Below are positions 18,559 to 27,637 of a stretch of DNA of 64,000 bases, in pieces. How positions within the stretch are numbered: the stretch's first letter is position 1; each line of letters begins with the position of its first letter. The notes beneath the pieces are model-generated. The model saw nothing but the letters and a program-made list of their open reading frames with translations, was not told where the DNA came from and did no database searches. This stretch comes from Pseudomonadota bacterium. GTDB lineage: Bacteria > Myxococcota_A > UBA9042 > CAIXZC01. The stretch lies in the NCBI GenBank assembly GCA_043815665.1, contig JBDRIT010000025.1:145490-209489 (forward strand), written 5' to 3'. The position numbers were made by a program, and so were the translations under genes.

Positions 18559-19644
18559 CTAGACCCGCCCCCCAGTCTGGTACCAGCGCAGGGTGCCCTC
18601 GAAGGCCATGCGCGCGTCGGGATACTTGAACCGGTAGCCCGTCTTGTGCAGCTTCTCGTTGGCGTAGGACCAGTCCTCCTTCAGGTACGCGATCATCGCG
18701 GGCTCCACCGGCGGCTTGACGTGCAGCACGTCCCGGGTCAGGTGGAACACCCCCCACAGCACCGGCAGGAGGCCGGTGATCAGCTGCTTGTAGGGCACCG
18801 GCGGCAGCTTGAAGAAGGGCTTGCCGAGGATCCGGGCCAGGGCCTGCATGAACTCGACGTTGGTCATGATCGTGTCGTCGTTGAGGTTGAAGACCTCGTT
18901 GGCGGCGTGCTTCTGGCTGGCCAGGTAGATCGCGGCGCCGGCGACGTCTTCGACATGGATGAAGGGGATCCGGCCCGTGAAGTTCGACGGGATCACCACC
19001 ACGGGCATGTCGATGGGAGCGGAGAACATCTGCCGGGCGCCGTAGCCGCCCCGGGGCCCATAGACCGTGGTGGGGCGCAGGATCGTGTAGTCCAGGAGGC
19101 CCTGCTTCCCGTAGTCCATGACCAGGAACTCCTGCTCCCACTTCGAGCGGATGTAGTCGTTCTCGGGCTGGGGGGCCAGCTCCTCGTCGAAGGTGGGCAC
19201 CTTCCGCGCCGAGGGTGAGCCGTAGACACCGCCCGCACCCCACTGCACGAAGCGCCTGAGTTTCGGGCTGGTCTTCAGCACGTGCTCGATCAGGTTCCGG
19301 GTCCCCTCGACGTTCACCTTGCGGAGCGCCTCCAGGGTCGCCGAGTAGCTGAAGATCGCAGCCAGGTGGAACACGTAGTCCACGTTGCCGGGCAGGAGAT
19401 CCACCGAGCGCGGGTCCGTGAGATCGAACTCGATCGTCTGGTCCGCCCAGCCCCGCACCAGGGTCGGGTAGCGGCCTGCGACGACGTCGTCCTTCTCCCA
19501 CCCCGACGGGTGATCCGCCGCGATGACGTGATGGCCGGCCGCGTGGAGCTGCTCCACCACGTGGCTGCCGATGAATCCACATGCCCCTGTCACCAGGGAA
19601 CGCGGGGGCTTCTGGTCCGTCGTCTTTGTCCGGGGCGTAGCCAT
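18559..19644 (-). CDS. NAD-dependent epimerase/dehydratase (extended SDR)
   Basis: GxxGxxG Rossmann motif LVTGACGFIGSHVV. Start ATG at 19644 preceded by ccaggagggtgtc. The track ORF's upstream 25 codons are discarded. Confidence 0.8.
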   Translation of the reverse strand: MATPRTKTTDQKPPRSLVTGACGFIGSHVVEQLHAAGHHVIAADHPSGWEKDDVVAGRYPTLVRGWADQTIEFDLTDPRSVDLLPGNVDYVFHLAAIFSYSATLEALRKVNVEGTRNLIEHVLKTSPKLRRFVQWGAGGVYGSPSARKVPTFDEELAPQPENDYIRSKWEQEFLVMDYGKQGLLDYTILRPTTVYGPRGGYGARQMFSAPIDMPVVVIPSNFTGRIPFIHVEDVAGAAIYLASQKHAANEVFNLNDDTIMTNVEFMQALARILGKPFFKLPPVPYKQLITGLLPVLWGVFHLTRDVLHVKPPVEPAMIAYLKEDWSYANEKLHKTGYRFKYPDARMAFEGTLRWYQTGGRV

Positions 19645-19675
19645 GACACCCTCCTGGTCTGTTGGTTCTGGGGCC

Positions 19676-19704
19676 AGAATAATTGGTTGAACCAATTTTG
19701 TCAA
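19676..19704 (-). promoter_or_regulatory. Sigma70-like promoter (TTGACA - 17 nt - TATTCT) for the epimerase operon, with an embedded perfect 8-1-8 palindrome AATTGGTTcAACCAATT (plus strand 19681-19697)
   Basis: Minus-strand read: TTGACAaaattggttcaaccaatTATTCT, ~31 nt upstream of the ATG. The palindrome fills the spacer and touches the -10 element. Confidence 0.45.
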
Positions 19705-19752
19705 CCGCTTTCGACGCAATGCGTTGTGATACTCGCGTCAGAGCCGGTCGCG

Positions 19753-20640
19753 TCAGGCGATCCGACGGCGTCGCAGGGCGAGGGGGAGGACCAGGAGGAA
19801 GAGCAGGAGCCCTGACCCCAGATCCGAGCGGGACCCCATGTCGCAACAGCAGCTCTCCTTGGGGCCGCCACCCTCGACCTCGAAGGGCTCGGGATTGGGC
19901 TCGATGACGAGATCGGGCCCGATCTCGGAGTCGGCTTCGGGCTCGGGCTCGGGGGGCGCGTCGCTGCAAGAGAAGAGGGTCCGGTCGTAGACCGCGCAGA
20001 CGCCGTCGAGGTCATCCTGCTGAGGTTCCAGGGGGTTGTCATCAGCCAGGTAGATGTCCCCATCGGAGTACAGGATCGAGTCCGGGTCCTCGGAGTGAGC
20101 GAGGCCATAGACGTGGCCCAGCTCGTGGGCGACGGCGAAGCGGTAGTCCACGACGTCGTCGGGATCAACGCCCTCGGTGTCGAGGCCGAAGTCGAAGCCG
20201 TCCTCGTTGATGTCGATGTCCACGTCCCCCAGATATCCCGTGGAGGGAAGGTAGTTCAGCACCGTCAACATCGCAGCGCCGTTGTAGTCCGGGTGCGCCA
20301 ACGCCCAACCGGAGGGGGACACCACGATGCAGTTCTGCTCTTCCCCGGGAAATGCGGGCTTGTGGACCTCGCAGCCGCCGTCCACCCCGTCGAGGATCAG
20401 CCGGATATCCGTGCAGGGATTCGCATTCCAGAGATCCATCGCGTCTTCGAAGAGGGTGAACTCCTGCATCCCCGGGATCGATTCGATGCCGGCAGGGTTG
20501 TACTGGAAGGCGATGGAGCAGGGCCCACCGCTCTTCCAGCGTACGGTCTCGCCGCTGGACTCGGAGGTGTAGTAGACCCAGGCCTCGGCCGGGGACGGGA
20601 CCAGGAGGAGCGCCACCAGGATCGCGGCGGGGGCCTTCAC
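19753..20640 (-). CDS. Secreted metzincin-type zinc metalloprotease with C-terminal MYXO-CTERM sorting tail
   Basis: HELGHVYGLAHS (HExxHxxGxxH). The C-terminus ESCCCDMGSRSDLGSGLLLFLLVLPLALRRRRIA is a MYXO-CTERM tail. The GTG start at 20640 overlaps the upstream gene's TGA (GTGA). Confidence 0.75.
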   Translation of the reverse strand: MKAPAAILVALLLVPSPAEAWVYYTSESSGETVRWKSGGPCSIAFQYNPAGIESIPGMQEFTLFEDAMDLWNANPCTDIRLILDGVDGGCEVHKPAFPGEEQNCIVVSPSGWALAHPDYNGAAMLTVLNYLPSTGYLGDVDIDINEDGFDFGLDTEGVDPDDVVDYRFAVAHELGHVYGLAHSEDPDSILYSDGDIYLADDNPLEPQQDDLDGVCAVYDRTLFSCSDAPPEPEPEADSEIGPDLVIEPNPEPFEVEGGGPKESCCCDMGSRSDLGSGLLLFLLVLPLALRRRRIA

Positions 20641-21458
20641 ACCATCCTCCGCCGTCTCGTGAGCATGGCGATCCCTGCGAGGAGCAGGAGCACCCCGGAG
20701 CCCGACGCCGATTGGCTTGCGGCGGTGCAGCTCGGGTTGGACGCGGGACCCGGGGGTACGTCGGGGTCGTCCACCCACAGGTCCAGCTTCTGGACCTCCT
20801 CGCAGGTGGTTGCGCCTCCGGTGAGAGGATAGAGGGTGCAGAGCCCGTCCACGTCGTCCTTGTCCAGGGTGCGCTTCACGGTCTCTCCGAACACCGAGTA
20901 CTCGTACATGGTGGCCTTGACCTTGTTGCTGTGGTCCAGGCCCACGATGTGTCCCGCCTCATGGGTGATGGTGTTCTGGATGTCGATGTCCCCAGGGTCC
21001 ATGTCCGGTCCCCCGGCCGTGAACTCGTAGTCCTCCGCGTTGAGCTCGATGTCCGCGTCGAAGATCACCCCGGTCACGGGGTTGTAGGTCACACTGGTGA
21101 AGGCCACGGGGCGCTGGTCGTAGGGCCAGTCCTCCTCGTGGAAGATCACGATGTTGGCGTTGCCCCCGTAGCTGGTGTACCCGATCCATTGCATGTTCGT
21201 GAGGCCGCCCCAGACCATGGTGAACCCAGAGCACTCCTCCGCGTTCCAGGTCTCCAGGGACAAGCGAATCGCCTCGATGTCCGAGCCGTCGTCCACGTCC
21301 GCCGAGCCGTCCAGGTACGCGTAGACCACGTGGCAGAGGTCAGGCCAATGGAGGCCCGCCCCCTTGGACGAGTTGGACTGGACCCAGGCCGGGACGGGAG
21401 TGGACCATGCGAGGACGGCGAAGAACACCAGGCCTGTGGCTCCGGCGCGCGCCGTCAC
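20637..21458 (-). CDS. Secreted metzincin-type zinc metalloprotease paralogue with MYXO-CTERM tail
   Basis: HEAGHIVGLDHS plus a Met-turn (ATMY). The C-terminus NPSCTAASQSASGSGVLLLLAGIAMLTRRRRMV is a MYXO-CTERM tail. The GTG at 21458 overlaps the upstream TGA. The 174-codon Arg/Gly/Pro-rich N-terminal extension of the track ORF is rejected. Confidence 0.7.
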   Translation of the reverse strand: MTARAGATGLVFFAVLAWSTPVPAWVQSNSSKGAGLHWPDLCHVVYAYLDGSADVDDGSDIEAIRLSLETWNAEECSGFTMVWGGLTNMQWIGYTSYGGNANIVIFHEEDWPYDQRPVAFTSVTYNPVTGVIFDADIELNAEDYEFTAGGPDMDPGDIDIQNTITHEAGHIVGLDHSNKVKATMYEYSVFGETVKRTLDKDDVDGLCTLYPLTGGATTCEEVQKLDLWVDDPDVPPGPASNPSCTAASQSASGSGVLLLLAGIAMLTRRRRMV

Positions 21459-21973
21459 CGGGTCGCCCCACCCTTCAGGCGGTCCCGGAGCGCGTCCTCG
21501 CTGATCCGATCCGGCGCGCCGTCCGCGGGCTGACCGACGAAGTGGATGGCCCCGAGGTCGCGGACCAGGACCCTGCCCTCGGGCCCGTCCTGGACCCGGA
21601 AGACCCCCTGGGCCATGCCGGTGACCACGTAGCCCGAGGATCCCTCCCGCAGGCAGAGCACCAGCTCCTCGCCGGAGCTCAGGCGCGCCGCGCCGGTCAC
21701 GATCTGGCCCAGGTCCGCGGTCTCTCCGCCGAGAGTGACGACCACGAGCTCGGTCGCTGCGGGCCCCTTCAGGGCTTCCCGCACCGCGAACCGATGCCGG
21801 GTGGAGATCCGGCCCCGCGACTCGTCGAGGACCGCCTCGGAGCCGATCACCTCGCCCAGGACCACGCGGTCGGAGCGCTCGATGATCTCGTCCAGGGTCA
21901 TGGGGGCGAAGACCGCTGCGTGGGCGGGAGACATCACGGTGAGGAGCAGGAGGAGGAACAGGAGCGGACGCAT
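21455..21973 (-). CDS. Small secreted hypothetical protein, first gene of the metzincin operon
   Basis: Signal peptide MRPLLFLLLLLTVMSPAHAA. Translationally coupled to the downstream protease genes. Confidence 0.6.
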   Translation of the reverse strand: MRPLLFLLLLLTVMSPAHAAVFAPMTLDEIIERSDRVVLGEVIGSEAVLDESRGRISTRHRFAVREALKGPAATELVVVTLGGETADLGQIVTGAARLSSGEELVLCLREGSSGYVVTGMAQGVFRVQDGPEGRVLVRDLGAIHFVGQPADGAPDRISEDALRDRLKGGATR

Positions 21974-22176
21974 GGGACACCTCCAGTCACGGGGCCGGCC
22001 CCGAGCATCTTCGACATTCTAGCGTGAAATCGGCCCGGTGTCAGCGGGCCGGCGCGTTCCCTCACCCGCAGCGGAAGGAATCTCTCCTTGCCCGCGTGGG
22101 GAACAAGGTTTAGTTTACTCCGTTGGCTCTATATTGATCAGTTTTGATCGAGTTTGATGAAGTGCCGGAGGAAGAG

Positions 22177-23661
22177 ATGGTCAAGGTCATTCGGGAAGGC
22201 AGTGACGAAGCAAAAGCCCCGAGCCCCGGGGAGTTCGAGGCCATGCTGAAGGAGTCGGAGGACGCAGGATTCGTCCTGCCCGGTGAAATCGTGACCGGCA
22301 CGGTCGTCCGTGTCGGTCGCGAATGGGTGTTCGTGGACCTGGGCGGAAAGAGCGAAGGCGTCATCGCAGTGCAGGAGTTCGCCGGCGAGGAGGAAGGCGA
22401 GATCACGGTGAAGGTCGGCGACGAGGTGGAGGCGACGGTGCTCACCACCCGCGGCGGGGTGCGCCTCTCGGTGAAGCTCCAGAGGTCGGACCAGAACATG
22501 GACGTCCTGCGGGACGCCTTCGAGAGCGAGATCCCCGTGGAGGGTCGGGTCATCGAGACCAACCGCGGCGGCTTCCGGGTGGACATCGGCGAGCAGCGGG
22601 CCTTCTGCCCGGTCTCCCAGATCGACCTCAACTACGTCGAGAACCCGGAGCAGTTCGTAGGGCAGCTCTACCACTTCCGGATCATCGAGTTCAACATCGA
22701 GCAGGGCAACATCGTCGTGTCCCGGCGGATCATCCTGGAGCAGGAGCGCAAGGTCCTGGCCGCGCAGGTCCGTGAGGGCCTCAAGCCCGGACAGATCCTC
22801 ACCGGCGTGGTCAAGAAGCTCATGCCCTTCGGCGCGTTCGTAGACATCGGCGGCCTGGACGGCCTGGTCCACATCTCGGAGATCGCGTGGGAGCGCATCG
22901 AGAATCCCGCCGACTACCTGACCGAAGGGCAGCGCATCCAGGTCAAGGTCCTGAAGTTCGAGGAGGATCGGGACCGGCTGGCGCTGAGCATCAAGGAGGC
23001 GACCCGGGATCCCTGGTCCACGGTGGAGGAGAACTGGCCGGTGGGCTCCTTCATTGACGGGCTGGTGACGCGCCTCGAGCGCTTCGGCGCGTTCGTGCGG
23101 GTGACCCCCGGCGTCGAGGGCCTCGTCCACATCTCGGACATGACCTGGGCCGGCCGGGTCCGGCATCCCTCGGACCTGCTCTCCGAAGGCCAGACCATCA
23201 GAGTGCAGGTCCTCAGCGTGGACATGGCCCAGCGTCGACTCTCCCTGGGGATGAAGCAGGTGGACGGCGATCCATGGTCCGAGGTCGCCGAGCGCTTCCC
23301 CATGGGCAGCATGGTGCAAGGCACCGTGGAGCGCATCGGCGGCGGCGGCGTCTTCATCACCCTCGACATCGGGATCACCGCGTTCCTGCCCGGATCCCTC
23401 GCAGGCTTGAGCCAGGGCGAGCCCCTGGGCGGCACCTTCCGACCCGGCAAGCAGGTGACCCTCAAGGTCAAGGAGATCGACGTCGAGCGGCGCCGGATCA
23501 CCCTCGCCGCCGGGGACGCGGCGGGGGGGGAGGAGCTGCGGGACACCCGCCAGTACCTGGAGCAGCAGGTCAGGGCCGAGCGACAGGACGACGGCCTGGG
23601 CACCTTCGGCAGGCTCCTCGAGCAGGCCCTCAAGAAGGAACCCACTCCCGACAAGGACTGA
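22177..23661 (+). CDS. rpsA: 30S ribosomal protein S1-like protein (multiple S1 RNA-binding domains)
   Basis: ccggaggaagagATG start. Five to six S1 repeats, each with a GxV...G..G(L/F)VHISE pattern. Confidence 0.8.
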   Translation: MVKVIREGSDEAKAPSPGEFEAMLKESEDAGFVLPGEIVTGTVVRVGREWVFVDLGGKSEGVIAVQEFAGEEEGEITVKVGDEVEATVLTTRGGVRLSVKLQRSDQNMDVLRDAFESEIPVEGRVIETNRGGFRVDIGEQRAFCPVSQIDLNYVENPEQFVGQLYHFRIIEFNIEQGNIVVSRRIILEQERKVLAAQVREGLKPGQILTGVVKKLMPFGAFVDIGGLDGLVHISEIAWERIENPADYLTEGQRIQVKVLKFEEDRDRLALSIKEATRDPWSTVEENWPVGSFIDGLVTRLERFGAFVRVTPGVEGLVHISDMTWAGRVRHPSDLLSEGQTIRVQVLSVDMAQRRLSLGMKQVDGDPWSEVAERFPMGSMVQGTVERIGGGGVFITLDIGITAFLPGSLAGLSQGEPLGGTFRPGKQVTLKVKEIDVERRRITLAAGDAAGGEELRDTRQYLEQQVRAERQDDGLGTFGRLLEQALKKEPTPDKD

Positions 23662-23662
23662 T

Positions 23663-25213
23663 CTACAGCGGGATGTTGCCGTGCTTCTTCCTGGGGCGCG
23701 GCTCGTCCTTGTCCTGGATGGCCTCGAGGGCCCGGATCAGGGTCGGGCGGGTGTCCGACGGCTTGATCACGTCATCCACATAGCCCCGCTCCGCGGCGTA
23801 GTACGGGGTGGCGAAGTGGGTCTTGTAGTCCGCGACCAACGCCGCGTGCATCGCCTGCTTGTCCGGCGCTGAGCTCATCTCCTTGCGGAACACGATGTTC
23901 ACCGCGCCCTCCGGGCCCATCACGGCGATCTCCGAGGTGGGCCATGCGAAGTTGTAGTCCGCGCGGATGTGCTTGGATGCCATGACGTCGTACGCGCCGC
24001 CGTAGGCCTTTCGGGTGATGCAGGTGATCTTTGGCACGGTCGCCTCGCAGTACGCGTAGAGGAGCTTCGCGCCGTTGCGGATGATGCCCCCGTACTCCTG
24101 GTTCACCCCCGGGAGGAACCCCGGCACGTCCACAAAGGTGACCAGGGGGATGTTGAACGCGTCGCAGAAACGCACGAAGCGTGCGCCCTTGGTGGACGCA
24201 TCGATGTCCAGGCAGCCAGCCAGGTAGGCAGGCTGGTTCCCGACGATGCCCACCGCGTGTCCACCCAGCCGGGCGAAGCCGATGATCAGATTCATGCCCC
24301 AATGGGGCTGGACCTCCAGGAACTCCCCGTCGTCCACCACGTGGGCGACAACGCTCTTCATGTCGTAGGGAGCCTTGGTGTCGTCGGGGATCAGCGCGTC
24401 GAGCGCCTCGTCCCGCCGCTCGACAGGGTCATCCGTCGCCTTGAAGGGCGGCTGGTGCCTGTTGCTGTCTGGCATGTAGGAGTGGAGCCTCCGGACCGCG
24501 TCCAGGACCTCGATCTCGCTGGGGCGCACCATATGGCAGACGCCGGACTTGGAGGCGTGGGCCATTGCACCGCCCAGCTCCTCCATGGTCACCTTCTCCC
24601 GGGTGACGGTCTCGATGACCTGGGGACCGGTGATGAACATGTGGGAGCCCTTGTCCACCATGAGGATGAAGTCGGTCATGGCCGGGGAGTAGACTGCGCC
24701 CCCGGCGCAGGGACCGAGGATGACGCTGATCTGAGGGATCACCCCCGAGGCCAGGACGTTGCGGAAGAAGATCTCCGCGTAGCCCCCCAGGCTCACGACC
24801 CCCTCTTGGATCCGGGCGCCGCCGGAGTCGTTGAGGCCGATCACCGGCGCGCCCGCCTTCATCGCGAGGTCCATCACCTTGCAGATCTTCCAGGCGAACG
24901 CGTCCCCGAGGGCCCCACCGAAGACGGTGAAGTCCTGTGCGAAGACGTACACGAGACGCCCGTCGAGGCGGCCATGCCCGGTGACCACGCCGTCCCCGTA
25001 GGGTCGGCTCTGCTCCATGCTGAAGTCGGTGCACTGGTGCCGGACGAACATATCCAGCTCGGTGAAGGTCCCAGGGTCCAAGAGCTCCACCAGCCGCTCC
25101 CGGGCGGTCATCTTGCCCTTGGCGTGGTGCTTCTCGATGCGCTCCTTGCCGCCCGCCTCCAACGCCCTCTGACGCAGCAGGATCAGCTCGTCTATGCGCT
25201 CCTTGGTGCTCAT
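23663..25213 (-). CDS. Acyl-CoA carboxylase carboxyltransferase subunit (propionyl-CoA carboxylase beta / methylmalonyl-CoA carboxyltransferase family)
   Basis: gagggaggaggagacccATG. Carboxyltransferase N- and C-domains (GGARIQEG, GAYDVMASKH..). The upstream 89 codons of the track ORF are discarded. Confidence 0.85.
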   Translation of the reverse strand: MSTKERIDELILLRQRALEAGGKERIEKHHAKGKMTARERLVELLDPGTFTELDMFVRHQCTDFSMEQSRPYGDGVVTGHGRLDGRLVYVFAQDFTVFGGALGDAFAWKICKVMDLAMKAGAPVIGLNDSGGARIQEGVVSLGGYAEIFFRNVLASGVIPQISVILGPCAGGAVYSPAMTDFILMVDKGSHMFITGPQVIETVTREKVTMEELGGAMAHASKSGVCHMVRPSEIEVLDAVRRLHSYMPDSNRHQPPFKATDDPVERRDEALDALIPDDTKAPYDMKSVVAHVVDDGEFLEVQPHWGMNLIIGFARLGGHAVGIVGNQPAYLAGCLDIDASTKGARFVRFCDAFNIPLVTFVDVPGFLPGVNQEYGGIIRNGAKLLYAYCEATVPKITCITRKAYGGAYDVMASKHIRADYNFAWPTSEIAVMGPEGAVNIVFRKEMSSAPDKQAMHAALVADYKTHFATPYYAAERGYVDDVIKPSDTRPTLIRALEAIQDKDEPRPRKKHGNIPL

Positions 25214-25331
25214 GGGTCTCCTCCTCCCTCTCACGATCACAGATCCCGGGGATCCTAGACGAGGCGTCGGAGAGGTGCAACCACCTGGTTCCTCTGGTAC
25301 ACTCCGGCGGTTGAACCTGGAGGCAGGATCC

Positions 25332-26324
25332 ATGGCGTCGCTGCCACTCCTCGAGCATGAGCTGATCGTCGTCACCGGCAAGGGTGGCGTGGGGAAAACC
25401 GTCGTGGCAGCGGCCCTCGCGTCCATGGCCGCTGCGAAAGGCCGGGAGACCCTGCTCATCGAGATGGTCAACCACCCCAAGGCAGCGACCCTCTTCGGCG
25501 TCGACCCCCAGGGCTACGAGCCGGTGGAGGTCCAGGAGCACCTGCACCTGAGCCGTCTCACCCCCGCGGAGTGCCTTGAGGAGATCGCGGTGATGCGCCT
25601 CAAGCTCCGGGCCCTGTACAAGCTGGTCTTCCAGAACAAGGCGGTGTCGGCGGTCATGGGCTTCATGCCCGGCATGAACGAGCTCCTGGTCCTGGGCAAG
25701 GTGGTCTACATGGTCAACAAGGGCCTCCACCGCGCCGGGCGGCACGCGTTCGACCTCGTGATCGTGGACGGCCCTCCCACCGGTGAAGGCCTCGCAATGC
25801 TGCAGTTCCCCCGGACGATCCGCCAGGCGGTGAAGGCCGGTCCCCTGGTCCGGGACGTGGGGATCATGGAGGACCTGCTCACGGACCCCGGCCGCACCGC
25901 GATGGCGGTGATCACGGCGCCGGAGGAGCTGCCCGTCAATGAGGCCCTGGAGCTCACCGCGGGCCTCGACGAGCTGGACATGCTCCAGGGCGGGACCCTC
26001 TTCGTGAACCGGGTGACGCCGTCGTTCTTCGATCCCCGGACCCGAGACGCGCTGCAGCGGTTCCGTCGTGCGGTTCGCACCACGGGCCGCAAGCAGGATC
26101 CCGGGGTCCTGGCCCAGCTCAGCGTCCACCGACACCTCATCGAACGTCGGGACCGGGAGCAGGCCGAGATCCAGCGCTTGCGCAGAGGTGCGCCCGTGCC
26201 CATCGTGGAGCTTCCGGAGATCCCTTCCACGAAGTTCGGGCCCGTGGAGTTGGCTCACCTTGTCAGACACCTCACCCGAGGACTCGAGATGACCCGGGCG
26301 ACCCGGGTTGAAGGGAGCGCATGA
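25332..26324 (+). CDS. ArsA/GET3-family P-loop ATPase
   Basis: Walker A VVTGKGGVGKT at the N-terminus, DGPPTGE switch region, ~330 aa. Confidence 0.75.
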   Translation: MASLPLLEHELIVVTGKGGVGKTVVAAALASMAAAKGRETLLIEMVNHPKAATLFGVDPQGYEPVEVQEHLHLSRLTPAECLEEIAVMRLKLRALYKLVFQNKAVSAVMGFMPGMNELLVLGKVVYMVNKGLHRAGRHAFDLVIVDGPPTGEGLAMLQFPRTIRQAVKAGPLVRDVGIMEDLLTDPGRTAMAVITAPEELPVNEALELTAGLDELDMLQGGTLFVNRVTPSFFDPRTRDALQRFRRAVRTTGRKQDPGVLAQLSVHRHLIERRDREQAEIQRLRRGAPVPIVELPEIPSTKFGPVELAHLVRHLTRGLEMTRATRVEGSA

Positions 26325-27637
26325 GGAACCCCGATTCGTGGACTTTGCTGGACGAGCATCCCTTCGGGCGTGCCGGGATGGTGCAGCATCTGCAGCTCGC
26401 CAACGGGCTGCAGCTCCTCCTCCTGCAGGACGACTCCGCGCCCGTCGTGGCCTACCACACCTGGTTCGGGGTCGGCAGCCGCCACGAGCAGGTGGGGAGC
26501 ACTGGGATCGCGCATCTCTTCGAGCACTTGATGTTCAAGGGGACCCGGGACGTGCCAGGGACCGAGTTCGACCGGCGCCTCGAGGAGGCCGGGGTGTCCA
26601 CCAACGCCTCCACTTGGTTGGACTGGACCTGCTTCACCCATGATCTGCCGCGGGATCAGCTCGACCTCGTGGCCCGCCTCGAGGCTGACCGCATGGCCAA
26701 CCTCGTGCTGACGCCCGAGCAGGTCGAGTCCGAGCGCGAGGTGGTCCGCAACGAGCGGCTCCTCCGGGTGGACAACGATCCGGAGGGGCTCCTGTACGAG
26801 CGCCTCTACGCGACCCTCTTCCCGGGTCACCCCTACGGCCACCCCACCATCGGCTGGATGCCCGACATCGAGGGGATCACCCTGAAGCAATGCATCGAGT
26901 TCTATCGCCGCTACTACGCGCCGGACAACGCGACGGTGGTGATCGTCGGCGACCTCGATCCGACGGAGGCCCTGAAGTGCCTCGCGGCCCGCTACGGAAC
27001 CCTCGAGCCCCAGGGGCGACCACCGGGCGCGGGGAGGCTACCGGCGGCCCTGAAAGGCGAGCTCCGTCAGGATCTCCCCCTGGAGATCACCAACGACAAG
27101 GTCATCGCCGCCTGGCACATGCCCCGGGCGGCCTCCGCAGACATCCCCGCTGCCCGCGCCCTGGTGGATCTGCTCTTCGGCAACGACAGCGCCCGGGTTC
27201 ACAGGGTCCTCGTGGAGGAGCGGGAGCTGGCCACCTCCGTGGACGCCTGGATCGGCGCGTTCAAGCTCTCCGGGGTCCTGGAGGTGCAGATGGATCTCCA
27301 CCCGGGCAGCGAACCTGAGGAGGCCCTCCGGATCCTGGACGACGAGCTCAACCGCATCGCCACGGAGCCTCCATCGGACCGGGAGATGCAGGGGGTGCGG
27401 AATCGGCTCATCCAGTCCCGCACCCGCTCGGACATCCCGGTGGGCTCCCGGGCCCACCGTCTGGGACATTTCCACACCACCGTGGGCGACTACCGCGCCC
27501 TCTTCGAGCTGCGAAGCGCGCAGGACCGAATCACCGCCGAGGATGTCCGCAGGGTGGCCGAGGTGCACCTGGCGTCCGGGAACCGGCGGCTCCTGTTCGC
27601 GACGCCGGACGGCGGGTCGAAGGAGGTGACCCCATGA
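26321..27637 (+). CDS. M16 (pitrilysin/insulinase) family zinc peptidase, active subunit
   Basis: Inverted zinc motif HxxEH in GIAHLFEHLMFKG. ATGA overlap with arsA-like gene. Confidence 0.8.
   Translation: MRNPDSWTLLDEHPFGRAGMVQHLQLANGLQLLLLQDDSAPVVAYHTWFGVGSRHEQVGSTGIAHLFEHLMFKGTRDVPGTEFDRRLEEAGVSTNASTWLDWTCFTHDLPRDQLDLVARLEADRMANLVLTPEQVESEREVVRNERLLRVDNDPEGLLYERLYATLFPGHPYGHPTIGWMPDIEGITLKQCIEFYRRYYAPDNATVVIVGDLDPTEALKCLAARYGTLEPQGRPPGAGRLPAALKGELRQDLPLEITNDKVIAAWHMPRAASADIPAARALVDLLFGNDSARVHRVLVEERELATSVDAWIGAFKLSGVLEVQMDLHPGSEPEEALRILDDELNRIATEPPSDREMQGVRNRLIQSRTRSDIPVGSRAHRLGHFHTTVGDYRALFELRSAQDRITAEDVRRVAEVHLASGNRRLLFATPDGGSKEVTP

Noticed and set aside
21459-21980. 174-codon Arg/Gly/Pro-rich N-terminal extension of the second metzincin ORF
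   Set aside because: It is low-complexity and overlaps the upstream secreted-protein gene. The real start is the GTG at 21458, directly before a typical signal peptide and coupled to the upstream TGA.
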